A stretch of DNA of 50,807 bases from a virus (taxonomy: Duplodnaviria > Caudoviricetes). The stretch's first letter is position 1. Each line of letters starts with the position of its first letter. The stretch covers positions 1 to 50,807 of the IMG/VR virus record IMGVR_UViG_3300035014_000028; one strand, 5' to 3'. A program made the position numbers and the translations under genes. The notes beneath the pieces were generated by a model, which saw only the letters and a program-made list of their open reading frames with translations, searched no databases and had not been told where the DNA came from. Positions 18,028-27,300 of this stretch are shown here, in pieces.

Positions 18028-19367
18028 CAGCGCAGGATCTCGATCGGGCCGACGCCGAGCGTCGCGGGATGGCGCAGGCGGTTGCGGCTGACGATGTCCT
18101 GCGCGAAGGCGATGACCTTGCCCGGCTCGTCGCCGGCGAGGTGCTGGGCGAGGAGCAGCGCCGAGGCCTGGCCGGGCGGCGTCAGCCGCTCGACCGCCGG
18201 CAGCCGGCCGATCGTCTCGGACAGGTCGATCGCGAGCTTGGCGCGCGCCGCGCCCAGCGCCCGCCACAGGCTCGCCGCCGGCGACGCCGCCTCGTTGGCG
18301 AGATCGGCGACGCTGACGGCCGAGCGCCGGAGCGCCTCGTCGAGCTGGTCGCCCCAGCCCTGCGCCTCCTGCCGGCTGACGAAGGCGATCGCCGTGACCA
18401 GGCGCACCGCCTCGGTCAGGGTCGCGACCTCGGCCGCCGCGATGACCGAGCGCTCGGGCCGGCCGCCGGCGCGCGCGGTCGCGGCGAGCGGCGTCAGTCC
18501 CGGCACGGCTTCGGCCTCGTCCGGCCGCAGCCGCCGTCCGAGATCGGCGGCGATCGTCAGCATCAGCGTGGCGCCGTCGCGCGGCTGCGGCTCGAGGATC
18601 GTCGCGGCGGCGTCGCCCGGCCCGATGCCGGAGGCCGGCTGCGGCTTGAACGGCGTCGCAAAGGCGCTTGAAAGCGCCGGCGCGATCGCCGCGAGCTGTC
18701 GGGCCGCGCTCGCCCGATCGGCAGTGGCGGTCGCCGCCGTGAAGGCCGAGCGCGCGGTCACGATCGCCGGCAGCAACGCGGCCGAGCGGCGCGAGCGCCC
18801 GGCCCAGCCCTCGGCCACCGAGATCACCGTCGCCGCGGCCGCCACGCCCTGGCTGAACAGGGCGTAGGCCAGGGGCGAGGCCGACAGCGCGGCGGTGGCG
18901 AGGGTCGTCGCGGCGGTGCCGAGGCCGGTGAGCGAGGTCAGCAAGCCAGACAGGCTGGTGCCGATCGCAGCGAGGCCGGCGGGGCCGACGGGATCGAACT
19001 CGGCATCGATGCGGGCGACGCGCAGCTCGTTGACGTCGAACTCGATCGTCGCCGGCCGCAACAGCACGCAGCGGATCGGGCCGCGCCAGGGATGCAGCAG
19101 CGTTGCCGGCCCCGGCGTTCGGAAAGCCGCCCGCAGCGCATCCGCCTGGCCGACATAGTCGTCGCCGATGACGAGACCGGAGACGCGGATCGGGCCGTCG
19201 AGCGGGCCCGTGTCGTCATGCGTCTTCAGGTCGAGGCCGGGATAGAGCACCTGGTGGATGCGCCGGCCGACGCTGTCGCTGGCGTTGATCATCCAGAACT
19301 GGCGGCCGCGCCACGCCGCCGGGATCAGGCCGGGCAACAAGCCCTCGATGTCGTCGAACAGCGCCAT
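18027..19367 (-). CDS. Mu gpN-like DNA circularization protein
   Basis: PAAWRG..F, VGRR, PGPATLLHPWRG, C-terminal IVSRNRLRHP. Confidence 0.9.
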   Translation of the reverse strand: MALFDDIEGLLPGLIPAAWRGRQFWMINASDSVGRRIHQVLYPGLDLKTHDDTGPLDGPIRVSGLVIGDDYVGQADALRAAFRTPGPATLLHPWRGPIRCVLLRPATIEFDVNELRVARIDAEFDPVGPAGLAAIGTSLSGLLTSLTGLGTAATTLATAALSASPLAYALFSQGVAAAATVISVAEGWAGRSRRSAALLPAIVTARSAFTAATATADRASAARQLAAIAPALSSAFATPFKPQPASGIGPGDAAATILEPQPRDGATLMLTIAADLGRRLRPDEAEAVPGLTPLAATARAGGRPERSVIAAAEVATLTEAVRLVTAIAFVSRQEAQGWGDQLDEALRRSAVSVADLANEAASPAASLWRALGAARAKLAIDLSETIGRLPAVERLTPPGQASALLLAQHLAGDEPGKVIAFAQDIVSRNRLRHPATLGVGPIEILR

Positions 19368-21565
19368 CAGGCGCGCCCGAGCATGGTGCCGCGATTGGGC
19401 GCGATCGGCACGGCAGGGTTCTCCGACTGGACGTTGACGATGCGGGTGCCATCGGCCGCCTGGACGGTGATCACGCCGCCGACCTGCACGTTGCTGTTCG
19501 CCGGCCTGAGATCGCTGCCCGAGGTCCGGGTGAAGCCGTTGCTGCCGCCGATGCCGGAGCCCGGCGCCGAGGTCGGATTGAAGCCGCCGACGCCGCCCAT
19601 CGGATCGACCGCAGCGCCGCCTGGCGTGCCGGGCACCGGCGCGCCTTTGCTACCGCCCATCCATGCCGGCATCGACGGCCATTTGACGATGTTGGACAGG
19701 TCGATCTCGCCGATCGCCGCCGCAATCCGACCGGGGAGTCCTTTGCACCATTCGACGAACTCCCAGAACTTCTTCTCGGCCGCCTCCGTCAACGTTCCGA
19801 TGAGGCGCGCGCCGGCCTGCGTCATGACGTCGACATTCGATATGATGGCAGCCGCGATCGCCGCCACGATACTGATGCCGAAGACCGCAACCGTGACGAG
19901 CGCCGTGGCGATGCCCTCGCCGATCGCAGCCACGAGCTTGCCGCCCGATTCGATCATGCCGGGAAGGGCGGCGAGGACGGCCGGGCCGAGCTCCGCCACC
20001 TTCGTTGTCACCCAATCGATCGCCGCCTGCAGAGCTCGCCCGGATTTGATCGAAGCCCATCCGGCCTCGAAGCCGACTGCGATGCTATTCCAGAGCGCTC
20101 CGAGCTGAGGCGCGATGCTGGACCAGTTCGAATAGATGTAAGCCGCAGCGGCGGCGAGCGCGGCCAGTCCGATCAGGATCAGCCCGATCGGAGACAGCAG
20201 AAGTGCGAGCGCGGCGCCGAGCGCCGAGACGACCGGGGTCAGCAGAGCGAGCGCGGCCCCGAGCATCAGCAGCGAGCTGCCCCAGGTCAGCGTCTTGTCG
20301 ATCAGCCCCGGCCATTTCGCGTCGATCGCCTGGATGGTCTGCAGGAGCCTGATCATCCACTCGTTGGCGCGCGGGATGTTCGAGGCGAAGGCGAGGCCGA
20401 TGCGCCTGGCGACCTGCGTGCCGAGATCGGAGAAGATCTTCATCTGCGGTTCCAGGCCGCGCATCCGGCTGGCGAAATCCTCGGCGATGACGCCGACGCC
20501 CGCCTCCTTCACCTGGCGCTTGAACTCCTTGAGCTTGTCGAGGTTTAGCAGCGTCGGGATCAGGAAGTCGAGCACCTGCATGTCGGAATAAAGCTTGCCG
20601 ACCTTGCTGCCGGCGACGAGCTGGGCGACCTGCTTGCGGATCGTCGCCTCCTTCTCCTTGTCCGACATGTTCGAGGCGCCGGCCTTCTTCATGATCTTGT
20701 CGATTTCGGCCGTCGGCACCTTGAGCTTGTCCGCCATCTTCTGGATCACCGCCTCGACCGGGTTGATCCCCTTCGCGGCGGCATCCGTCATCACGCCGGT
20801 GACGTCGACCTTCAGCTCCTTCTCGAACTTCTTGATCGCCTCGGGCGCGTTGATCTTGGTCAGGAAGTTCTTCAGGTTGTTCGCGGCTTCCGCCGGGTTG
20901 GCGGTGCCGAGCATCGCGATCTGCAGAGACGCGCCGAGCGTCTCGACGGCTTCAGCCCCGGTGATCCCGAACTTCGCCATCTGGTTGGTGAGCGCCGGAA
21001 ACTCGCTCGCCATGTTCTTGAACTCGAAGCGGCCGAGCTTGCCGGCCGTGATCAGCTTGCCGAGCATCTCCTCCATTTGGTCGGCCGGCACCTTCAGCGT
21101 CTCCGATAGCGCGAAGACGGTCTTGGCGGTGTCCTCGACCGAGGCGCCGGCCGCCGTCGCGACCTTGCCGATCGTCGGCATCAGCTTGTCGATCAGCCCG
21201 GCATCCATGCCCGATGCCACGAGCAGCTGCGCGCCTTTGGCGAGATCCGCTGACGCCTGGCCGGTCTCGACTGCGAGCTTGTGATATTGAGCCGAGGTCG
21301 CCGCGATCATCTTCTCGACCTCGCCGCCAGTCTTGCCGGCGGTGATCGCGATGTCGCGGAGCTGGCTGTCCCAGGCGGCCGCCGCCTGGATCGGGCCGGA
21401 GAACGAGAGCGCCGTCAGCGCCGCGCCGACCAGGCCGATCTTGCGGCCGAGCTCGCCGACGCGGTTTGCGGTCGCGGTGACGCCGGCAGTGATGCCGCGC
21501 AGCGGCCCGGTCAGCCGGTCGATCAGCTGGACCAGGACCGAGACCTTCATGTCGCGCCCGCTCAT
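19367..21565 (-). CDS. Prophage tail tape measure protein
   Basis: 732 aa Ala-rich; IDRLTGP, AGKLGRFEFKNMA, EAANNLKNFLTKI, central TM region. Confidence 0.92.
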   Translation of the reverse strand: MSGRDMKVSVLVQLIDRLTGPLRGITAGVTATANRVGELGRKIGLVGAALTALSFSGPIQAAAAWDSQLRDIAITAGKTGGEVEKMIAATSAQYHKLAVETGQASADLAKGAQLLVASGMDAGLIDKLMPTIGKVATAAGASVEDTAKTVFALSETLKVPADQMEEMLGKLITAGKLGRFEFKNMASEFPALTNQMAKFGITGAEAVETLGASLQIAMLGTANPAEAANNLKNFLTKINAPEAIKKFEKELKVDVTGVMTDAAAKGINPVEAVIQKMADKLKVPTAEIDKIMKKAGASNMSDKEKEATIRKQVAQLVAGSKVGKLYSDMQVLDFLIPTLLNLDKLKEFKRQVKEAGVGVIAEDFASRMRGLEPQMKIFSDLGTQVARRIGLAFASNIPRANEWMIRLLQTIQAIDAKWPGLIDKTLTWGSSLLMLGAALALLTPVVSALGAALALLLSPIGLILIGLAALAAAAAYIYSNWSSIAPQLGALWNSIAVGFEAGWASIKSGRALQAAIDWVTTKVAELGPAVLAALPGMIESGGKLVAAIGEGIATALVTVAVFGISIVAAIAAAIISNVDVMTQAGARLIGTLTEAAEKKFWEFVEWCKGLPGRIAAAIGEIDLSNIVKWPSMPAWMGGSKGAPVPGTPGGAAVDPMGGVGGFNPTSAPGSGIGGSNGFTRTSGSDLRPANSNVQVGGVITVQAADGTRIVNVQSENPAVPIAPNRGTMLGRA

Positions 21566-21568
21566 GGG

Positions 21569-21737
21569 TCAGCTCTCCTCACGCGCGCGGCGCTCGATCT
21601 CGGCGGCGACGTTGTAGGCCCATTGCAGCTGCGAGAGCGGCATCGCCTCGGCGACCGCGAAGCCGCCGCCATAGTAGCGGGCGACGACGCCGACGATCAG
21701 CGCCCAGTCGTCGGGCCACTCACTCCTGAAGAAAGGT
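21569..21737 (-). CDS. Second tail chaperone segment (frameshift extension, GpE'-like)
   Basis: Hand translation WPDDWALIVGVVARYYGGG...MPLSQLQWAYN...EES* in the +1/-2 frame relative to the upstream chaperone, with no start codon of its own. Confidence 0.65.
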
Positions 21738-22154
21738 GATGACGGCGGCCGCCGCCGCCACGTCGCGTGCCAGCATCCGGTCGAACAGCGGGGTCATCCG
21801 CGGCAGCGCCGTCCCGGTCGCGCGCGCCATCGTCACCACCGTCTGGGTCTGGGCCGGCGCTTGGGCGATCATGCGCAGGTCGAGGCCGGTCATCTCGCGG
21901 AAGGTCAGCTCGCTGATGGTCTCCTCGCGCACGCCGGCCTGCGTCCGGATCGTCAGCACGACGGGCTTGAGGAACGGCAGCGTAACGGAACCGTCGTCGT
22001 TGCGGATGGCGCGGGACGGAAGCTCGGCCTTCTTGGCCTCGCCGGCGGTCTCGTCGACGATGGCGCTGACGCCCTCGCCGTTCGCGTCCGCGACGACTTT
22101 GCCGCGCTCGTCCTCGCCGGTCAGGTCGATGTCGATGGTGTTGGCGACGCTCAC
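21720..22154 (-). CDS. Tail assembly chaperone, Mu gp41-like
   Basis: GTGA-coupled to tube; DGSVTLP, LTFREMTGLDL, LFDRMLARD. Confidence 0.85.
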   Translation of the reverse strand: MSVANTIDIDLTGEDERGKVVADANGEGVSAIVDETAGEAKKAELPSRAIRNDDGSVTLPFLKPVVLTIRTQAGVREETISELTFREMTGLDLRMIAQAPAQTQTVVTMARATGTALPRMTPLFDRMLARDVAAAAAVITFLQE

Positions 22155-22510
22155 TGCTGGATCTCCTCGTAGTCGCCGCCAGACCATTTCAGCGGCAGCT
22201 TGCCGCCTTCGCCGCCGGTGAACTCGCGCAGATCGGTCAGGAAAGCATCGGGGAAGACGAAGGTCTGACCGGTGTCGCAGAGCACCTGCAGCTCGCCCTC
22301 CTCGACGGTGTAGAGATCCTTCACGCGCTGGCCGCGCTCGATCACGGTCGTGGCCTCGATCTCCGAGGCCATGAACTCCTGCGAGCGACCGACCTTGCGG
22401 CCATAGGTCACCGCCTTGTTGGCGATGCCGCCGAGCTTGACCTTGGCGCCCTTCTCGATCGGAATATTCCGACCCTTGAAGGTGATGTCGACGATGCCGA
22501 GAACCTGCAT
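22151..22510 (-). CDS. Tail tube protein (Mu gpM-like)
   Basis: 119 aa after sheath; AGGAG RBS; CDTGQTFVFPDAF. Confidence 0.88.
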   Translation of the reverse strand: MQVLGIVDITFKGRNIPIEKGAKVKLGGIANKAVTYGRKVGRSQEFMASEIEATTVIERGQRVKDLYTVEEGELQVLCDTGQTFVFPDAFLTDLREFTGGEGGKLPLKWSGGDYEEIQQ

Positions 22511-22579
22511 CGCGGGCTCCTTTCAATGGCGCTTCAAGCGCCGGTTCAACGATCGGTTTCTACAAGCGCGGGCGGTCGC

Positions 22580-24040
22580 TCAGACCTCGAATTCCAGCGC
22601 CGACATCAGGTTGATCAGGTTGCCGATGATGATCACCGGCTGCTGGCTGTTCATCCGGTTGCGGTTGCTGTCGTCGCGCTCGAACAGGCTGCGCTCGATC
22701 GTCTCGCTCGCCTTCTCGATCCAGGCGCGGCGCTCGTAGATCTTGCAGCGCGTCGCCCAGGAGCCGCGCATCCGTCGTGGCGTCACCACCGCGTCGTTGT
22801 TGTTGGCCGCGACGCTGTCGTCGTCGGCGAGCTTGTGGCGCGGATAGAGCTGCGTGACATAGGACGACCAGTCGTAGCGGATCCTGGTCATGACTTTCGG
22901 GATCATGATGTCCAGCCAGGCGTCGTCGGCGACGCCGAGCGTGGTGACCTTGTAGGTCGTTATCACGCGTTCGAGCACGACCGAACCGTCGACCAGGCGG
23001 GTGAAGGTCGAGACGCCCTGGCGCAGCAAGAGGTCGCGCTCGGTCTCGGTGAAGCAGTCGACCTCGTCGGGCGCGGTCAGGCCCGGCAGCACGAGCGACC
23101 CGAGCTGGCGGGCCGGGTCGTTCGTGGTCTGGAAGGTCGCGACGCCGCAGAGCTGCGCCGCCCATTCCCACGGCGCGTCATAGGCGCGCTTGGCGCCGAT
23201 CGGCGAGATGTAAGGCGAGTTGGTTAACCCGCCCTTGGTGCCGAGCTGGCCATAGGTGCCCCGCAGGCCGACATAGGCGTGCCCATCCTTCTTGCCCATC
23301 GCCACGTAGCGCGCGGCGAGATCGGTCGCCAGCGCGGCCAGGTTCGTCGCGTCGTCCCAGGGCATCGCGATATCGGTGAACCAGTCGTTGACGATCGCGT
23401 CGAGCAGCGTCTGCACCACCGGGTTGCCGGTGCCGGCGACGCCGTCGGCGACGGCGATCGCGAGCGTGCCCGGCAGCACATCCTCGTTGGTTTTCCGCGT
23501 CCGGACGTCGATGTGGTTGCCGACCTCGCCTGCATGCTTGGCGGTCAGCGTGACGACGCCGGCGGCCGAGGTCGCGACGACCGACATGTCGGCGTCGGCG
23601 TTGACCGCGGCGGCGGCGGCGGTCGCATGCTGGGTCACGTTCATCGCCGCGGTCGCGGCATAGCGGACACGGCGGTTCTGGATGTAGAGCGCAATCGTGC
23701 CGGCGCCGGCCCCGGTGAAGGTCAGCGTCTTCGTCGCCTTGACGCCGGCGCCGTCATCGGCGAGCGCGATCGCGAAGACCTGGTTCGTCTTGTTCGCCTT
23801 CTTGAAGGCGCGCACCATCTGCTGTCCGATCGAGCCCGCGCCGAACAGGGTCGTGCCGTCCTCGGGCCGGGTGACCTCGTATTTGACGCCGGCGGTGGCG
23901 GTGCCCGCCGCGAGTTTCTGGACGAACAGGATCGCCTTGGCGGGGAACGGGATCAGGCCGCGCCGGGCATAGCTCGGCCGCACCTCGACATAGGTGCCCT
24001 TGACGCGCCAGTCATAGGCAATTTCGCTGAAGTTGATCAT
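22580..24040 (-). CDS. Tail sheath protein (Mu gpL-like)
   Basis: 486 aa; FGAGS, TAKHAGEVGN, DPARQL, ERVITTY, YPRHKLADD. Confidence 0.95.
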   Translation of the reverse strand: MINFSEIAYDWRVKGTYVEVRPSYARRGLIPFPAKAILFVQKLAAGTATAGVKYEVTRPEDGTTLFGAGSIGQQMVRAFKKANKTNQVFAIALADDGAGVKATKTLTFTGAGAGTIALYIQNRRVRYAATAAMNVTQHATAAAAAVNADADMSVVATSAAGVVTLTAKHAGEVGNHIDVRTRKTNEDVLPGTLAIAVADGVAGTGNPVVQTLLDAIVNDWFTDIAMPWDDATNLAALATDLAARYVAMGKKDGHAYVGLRGTYGQLGTKGGLTNSPYISPIGAKRAYDAPWEWAAQLCGVATFQTTNDPARQLGSLVLPGLTAPDEVDCFTETERDLLLRQGVSTFTRLVDGSVVLERVITTYKVTTLGVADDAWLDIMIPKVMTRIRYDWSSYVTQLYPRHKLADDDSVAANNNDAVVTPRRMRGSWATRCKIYERRAWIEKASETIERSLFERDDSNRNRMNSQQPVIIIGNLINLMSALEFEV

Positions 24041-24052
24041 CTGGCGCGCTCC

Positions 24053-24253
24053 TTACTTCTCGCCGGCCGGCGGGGCGGGCTTCGACGCCCGCGGCGGATC
24101 GGCCTCGACCAGGTCGCCATCGGCGACGAGGCGCCGGGTGAAGATCGTGTTCTCGGCGAAGTCTCCGGCCTCCGGCCACGGCTCGCCATCGCTCTCGCGA
24201 CGCACGGTGCGACCCTCGCCGGCCTTGTAGAACTTGCGGGTCTCGGTGGTCAT
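24053..24253 (-). CDS. DUF2635 / Mu gp38-like small tail protein
   Basis: GRTVR...RRLVADGDLVE; immediately upstream of sheath. Confidence 0.8.
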   Translation of the reverse strand: MTTETRKFYKAGEGRTVRRESDGEPWPEAGDFAENTIFTRRLVADGDLVEADPPRASKPAPPAGEK

Positions 24254-24825
24254 GGCGTCCTCGCGTCGTAGGGCTGGTCGTGGTCCTGGCCGTCCGGCCA
24301 GGGCTCGAACCCGCTGAGGGTCTGCAGGAACTCGTCGGCGGTCTCGTAAGCGCCGGTGATGTCGCCGAAGGTGGCGAGCATCGTCAGGTCGATCGTCGCG
24401 ATCGCCGCGTTGAGATCGGCGAAACCCTCGGCATAGGCCTGCGCGATCGCGCCGACGAAGATGGTGCCGAGATCCTCGACCGTGTGCCCGTTGAGCAGAA
24501 GGGCCGCGCCGCTCATCGCCGGGAACAGGCCCGGCCCGCGCGCGTCGCCGAGGAAGCGGGCCGAGCGCCCGGACGGGTTCTTGACCACCACGGTCAGGCG
24601 CATGCCGAGATTGCCGGAGAAGCGCCGGCCGCCACCCTTGTCCGGCGGGTTCATCTGCCGGAACGACAGAGCGAGCAGCGGCGTGCGCGTCACCAGCGCG
24701 CGAAACTCCTGCTCGGACAGCGGATCCGGCACGACATGGAAATCCCAGCGCGCGGCCGTGAAGAACAGCCGCAGCCTGGCCTCGACCGCCTTGCTGATCC
24801 GGGTGAAGGGATCGAGCGCCGGCAT
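24250..24825 (-). CDS. Mu gp37-like tail terminator/completion protein
   Basis: 191 aa between gp36 and gp38; RFLGDARGPGL motif; coupled at both ends. Confidence 0.72.
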   Translation of the reverse strand: MPALDPFTRISKAVEARLRLFFTAARWDFHVVPDPLSEQEFRALVTRTPLLALSFRQMNPPDKGGGRRFSGNLGMRLTVVVKNPSGRSARFLGDARGPGLFPAMSGAALLLNGHTVEDLGTIFVGAIAQAYAEGFADLNAAIATIDLTMLATFGDITGAYETADEFLQTLSGFEPWPDGQDHDQPYDARTP

Positions 24826-25250
24826 CAGAGGCCGCGCTCCCCGAACACCCCGAACATCCGGTCGCGGTCCTGCGTCCGCGACGACGAACTCGCGACGATC
24901 GGCGTCGAGCCTTCCAGCGTGACCGTGCCGTCGGCGACCTTGCCGAGCCAGGCGATGGTCTCGCGGCGATCCTCCTTGACCTGGGTGGCCGGCTCGCGAT
25001 CGCCGCCGGTCATCAGCTCGTAGCGGGCGAGCACGCAGGAGGCGCGGACGATCACGAGCGGCACCGACGCGAGCGGCACGGCATGGCGCTTGCGCAGGAA
25101 GGAATCGATGATCGCGTCGGCGTCGGCGATCGCCTGCTGCACGGGGGCTGCGTTCACCGTCTCGGGCAGCACGCCGTCGACGGAGGAGAGCCGGAGCATC
25201 TCCGTCGCGCCGTAGCGGGTGACCATGTCCTCGACGGTGGCGTAGGGCAT
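24825..25250 (-). CDS. Mu gp36 / DUF1320 head-tail joining protein
   Basis: MPYATVEDM..RYG, AIADADAIIDSFL, LARYEL, WL.KVADG. Confidence 0.92.
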   Translation of the reverse strand: MPYATVEDMVTRYGATEMLRLSSVDGVLPETVNAAPVQQAIADADAIIDSFLRKRHAVPLASVPLVIVRASCVLARYELMTGGDREPATQVKEDRRETIAWLGKVADGTVTLEGSTPIVASSSSRTQDRDRMFGVFGERGL

Positions 25251-25253
25251 CGG

Positions 25254-25490
25254 TCAATCGACCTCGACGCGGGCGGGTTTGAAGATCGAGCGGTTGACGG
25301 CCATGAAGCCCTTCTCGATCGCGGTGCGGCCGATAGACAGCCAGCGCTTGTCGATGTCCGGCATCTCACCCAGGGCATCGAGCATCCGCAGGATCTGCTC
25401 CTCAGCGCGCTTGCTATCGTTGACCATTTCAACGGCCAGCGCGCTTTGCGGGCGGTAACCATGGACAGGGAGGCCGGCGTGAGCGGACAT
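25254..25490 (-). CDS. acb2: Acb2-like cyclic-nucleotide sponge (anti-CBASS) protein
   Basis: 78 aa; GYR..S.....N..K and RWLSIGRTAIEKGFMAVNRSIFKP match the recalled Acb2 pattern GYR.LS....N..K / RW.AIG.T.IQ.G.MA..RAI.QP. Confidence 0.78.
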   Translation of the reverse strand: MSAHAGLPVHGYRPQSALAVEMVNDSKRAEEQILRMLDALGEMPDIDKRWLSIGRTAIEKGFMAVNRSIFKPARVEVD

Positions 25491-25510
25491 GACGTCTCTC
25501 GAAAGCGTGC

Positions 25511-25588
25511 GGGCGGCGAACTTCAGTTCCTACGGTCGTACCGTCCCCATCGGGTGCTGGAGGCCTCGCGAGCCGTGCCAGACCGCCC
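25511..25588 (-). ncRNA. Candidate five-way-junction RNA structure in the leader of the Acb2-like gene
   Basis: Closing stem GGGCGG/CCGCCC enclosing four hairpins that tile the interval. Confidence 0.35.
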
Positions 25589-25594
25589 TCTGGG

Positions 25595-25822
25595 TTATTT
25601 CTTGGCCTTGGCGGCCTTCGGCTTCTCGGCGCCGTCGAGATAAATCACGGTCAGGAGCGGCTCGGCCTCGATCAGGTCGAGCTGCTCTCTCGTGAACGCG
25701 TCGGCCGGATAGGTCTCGTCCTTCGGATGGGCGATGCCGCCGCGACGGAAGCCGACATGGGCGCCGCTGACGATTCGGATCGACGGAACGGCTTCCGCCG
25801 GCTTCTGGTCGGTCTCGGACAT
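25595..25822 (-). CDS. HI1506-related (Mu gp35-like) small protein
   Basis: GFRRGGIAHP, FTREQL..IEAEPLLTV; GGAG before ATG 25822. Confidence 0.85.
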   Translation of the reverse strand: MSETDQKPAEAVPSIRIVSGAHVGFRRGGIAHPKDETYPADAFTREQLDLIEAEPLLTVIYLDGAEKPKAAKAKK

Positions 25823-25910
25823 GATGGTCTCCGGTGTGGTGGCGTCCTCTCCGAGGCCGCCGGCGGCTGGCGCCGGCGGCCCTGACAAGACGTCGGGGAT
25901 CGGCTCGCGC

Positions 25911-26810
25911 TCAGGCGAGCCAGGGGCAGACCATGACTTCGGCGGTGCCCTTGTAGACATTGGTCGCGCCGGCGGCGTCGCGCTCGTTGTTGACGATTTC
26001 GAGCGCCTGGCTCTCCAGCGTCGGCGGCACGATCAGGAGCCGCGGCTTGACGCCGAGCGGCCGGCCGTGGTCGCCCTTCAGGCCCTGCATCGAATCGCGG
26101 GCGACCTTGTAGTTCGCCTTGTTGAGGGTCTGCTTCGAGCCCCAGGCGAACTGCCAGAAGCCGTAGCCGACATTGTAGCGGGCATCGGCGCCGTAGACGT
26201 ATTCGGCCCGGTCGAAGACGTTGTCGTCGGTTTCCTTGTCCTTCGCGACGAAGTTCCAGTCCTTGCGCGTCTGCAGGATGATCGGCTTCAGGAAGCGGCT
26301 GTCGTCGATCAGGAACCAGGGCGTCCCGGAGCCGCCATCGGTATTGGCGACCGAATTGACGGTGACGCCGTCGGCGGCGAGGACCGGGTGGTCGGTGTCG
26401 AAGAAGTACTGCTTGTCGTAGCAGTTGGTGGTGAAGCCGGCGGCGAGCTGCGCGAACACGAGCTGGTCTTTGTGCGCGCCGGTCGCGGAGCCCATCTCGG
26501 TGAAGAGTGGCCCGTAGACGCCGAGATTATCGGTCTCGATGTCGTCCTTGCCGACCGAAATCGTCAGCTCGAACGGCTTCTCCTTGATGGTGTAGCCGGC
26601 CTGGCTGATCGACTGGACGACGCGGGGGCCGATCCACTCGCGGACGTTGGGGACCTTGCTCAGCCAACCATAGTCCTGCTCCTTCGTCGTCGCCGGAACC
26701 ATGGTGGAGACGCGGGCGAACTGCGAGGCGGCCTGGCTGGCGAGCCCGCTTTTGAAGGCGGTGCTGAAGCCGATGAACAGGGTCCTGAGGGATGCCTGGT
26801 TGATGATCAT
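25911..26810 (-). CDS. Mu gpT-like major capsid protein
   Basis: YGWL, REWIGPR, FELTI.V..DDIETD, CYD.QYFFDTDHPV, GYGFWQFAWGS. Confidence 0.95.
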   Translation of the reverse strand: MIINQASLRTLFIGFSTAFKSGLASQAASQFARVSTMVPATTKEQDYGWLSKVPNVREWIGPRVVQSISQAGYTIKEKPFELTISVGKDDIETDNLGVYGPLFTEMGSATGAHKDQLVFAQLAAGFTTNCYDKQYFFDTDHPVLAADGVTVNSVANTDGGSGTPWFLIDDSRFLKPIILQTRKDWNFVAKDKETDDNVFDRAEYVYGADARYNVGYGFWQFAWGSKQTLNKANYKVARDSMQGLKGDHGRPLGVKPRLLIVPPTLESQALEIVNNERDAAGATNVYKGTAEVMVCPWLA

Positions 26811-26846
26811 GAGGTGAGGCCTCGGGCGGTTGCGGAAAGGGCGGCG

Positions 26847-27260
26847 TCAGTAGCCGGAGCGGACCCAGACGCCGAGCGCGTCCACGTCCATGATCCGGCC
26901 GGCGATCGAGCGGGTGTTGGAGCCGCTCGTCTTGGCCACCGTCTGATCGTCGACGATGTAGCAATCGGTGCCGATCTCGGCAGCGGTGATGGCGTCGCCG
27001 GCGGCCGAATTGAACCAGCGGAAGGTGCCGCGCCGGATCTTGACGGTGACGTCGCCGGCGGCGCCGGCCGAGTTGTCGACATAGGCCTCGACCCGCCCCA
27101 TGCCCTTGAGCGTGGTCGCGGTCGCGCCGGGCGTCGCCCGGCCGGCGGCGTCGAGCGCGGCGAGCGCGCCGGCGTAGAACTTCTTCGCCGCGGCCGCCGT
27201 CAGGACGATCTCGTCCGAGAGGCGGTGCGGCGTGATGCGGTCGCTGGTCAGGGCGGTCAT
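26847..27260 (-). CDS. Putative head decoration / capsid cement protein
   Basis: 137 aa between protease and capsid; MTALTSDR.T, CYIVDDQTV, GVWV. Confidence 0.7.
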   Translation of the reverse strand: MTALTSDRITPHRLSDEIVLTAAAAKKFYAGALAALDAAGRATPGATATTLKGMGRVEAYVDNSAGAAGDVTVKIRRGTFRWFNSAAGDAITAAEIGTDCYIVDDQTVAKTSGSNTRSIAGRIMDVDALGVWVRSGY

Positions 27261-27300
27261 CGGTCACAGATCTCCGTTGCGGCGGGGCGGCGGCGGGCTC

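Noticed and set aside
25845-25895. Long hairpin after the gpT stop as a terminator
   Set aside because: An 11-bp GC stem is present but has no U-tract on either strand; it may be a stabilising element, with too little support to call.
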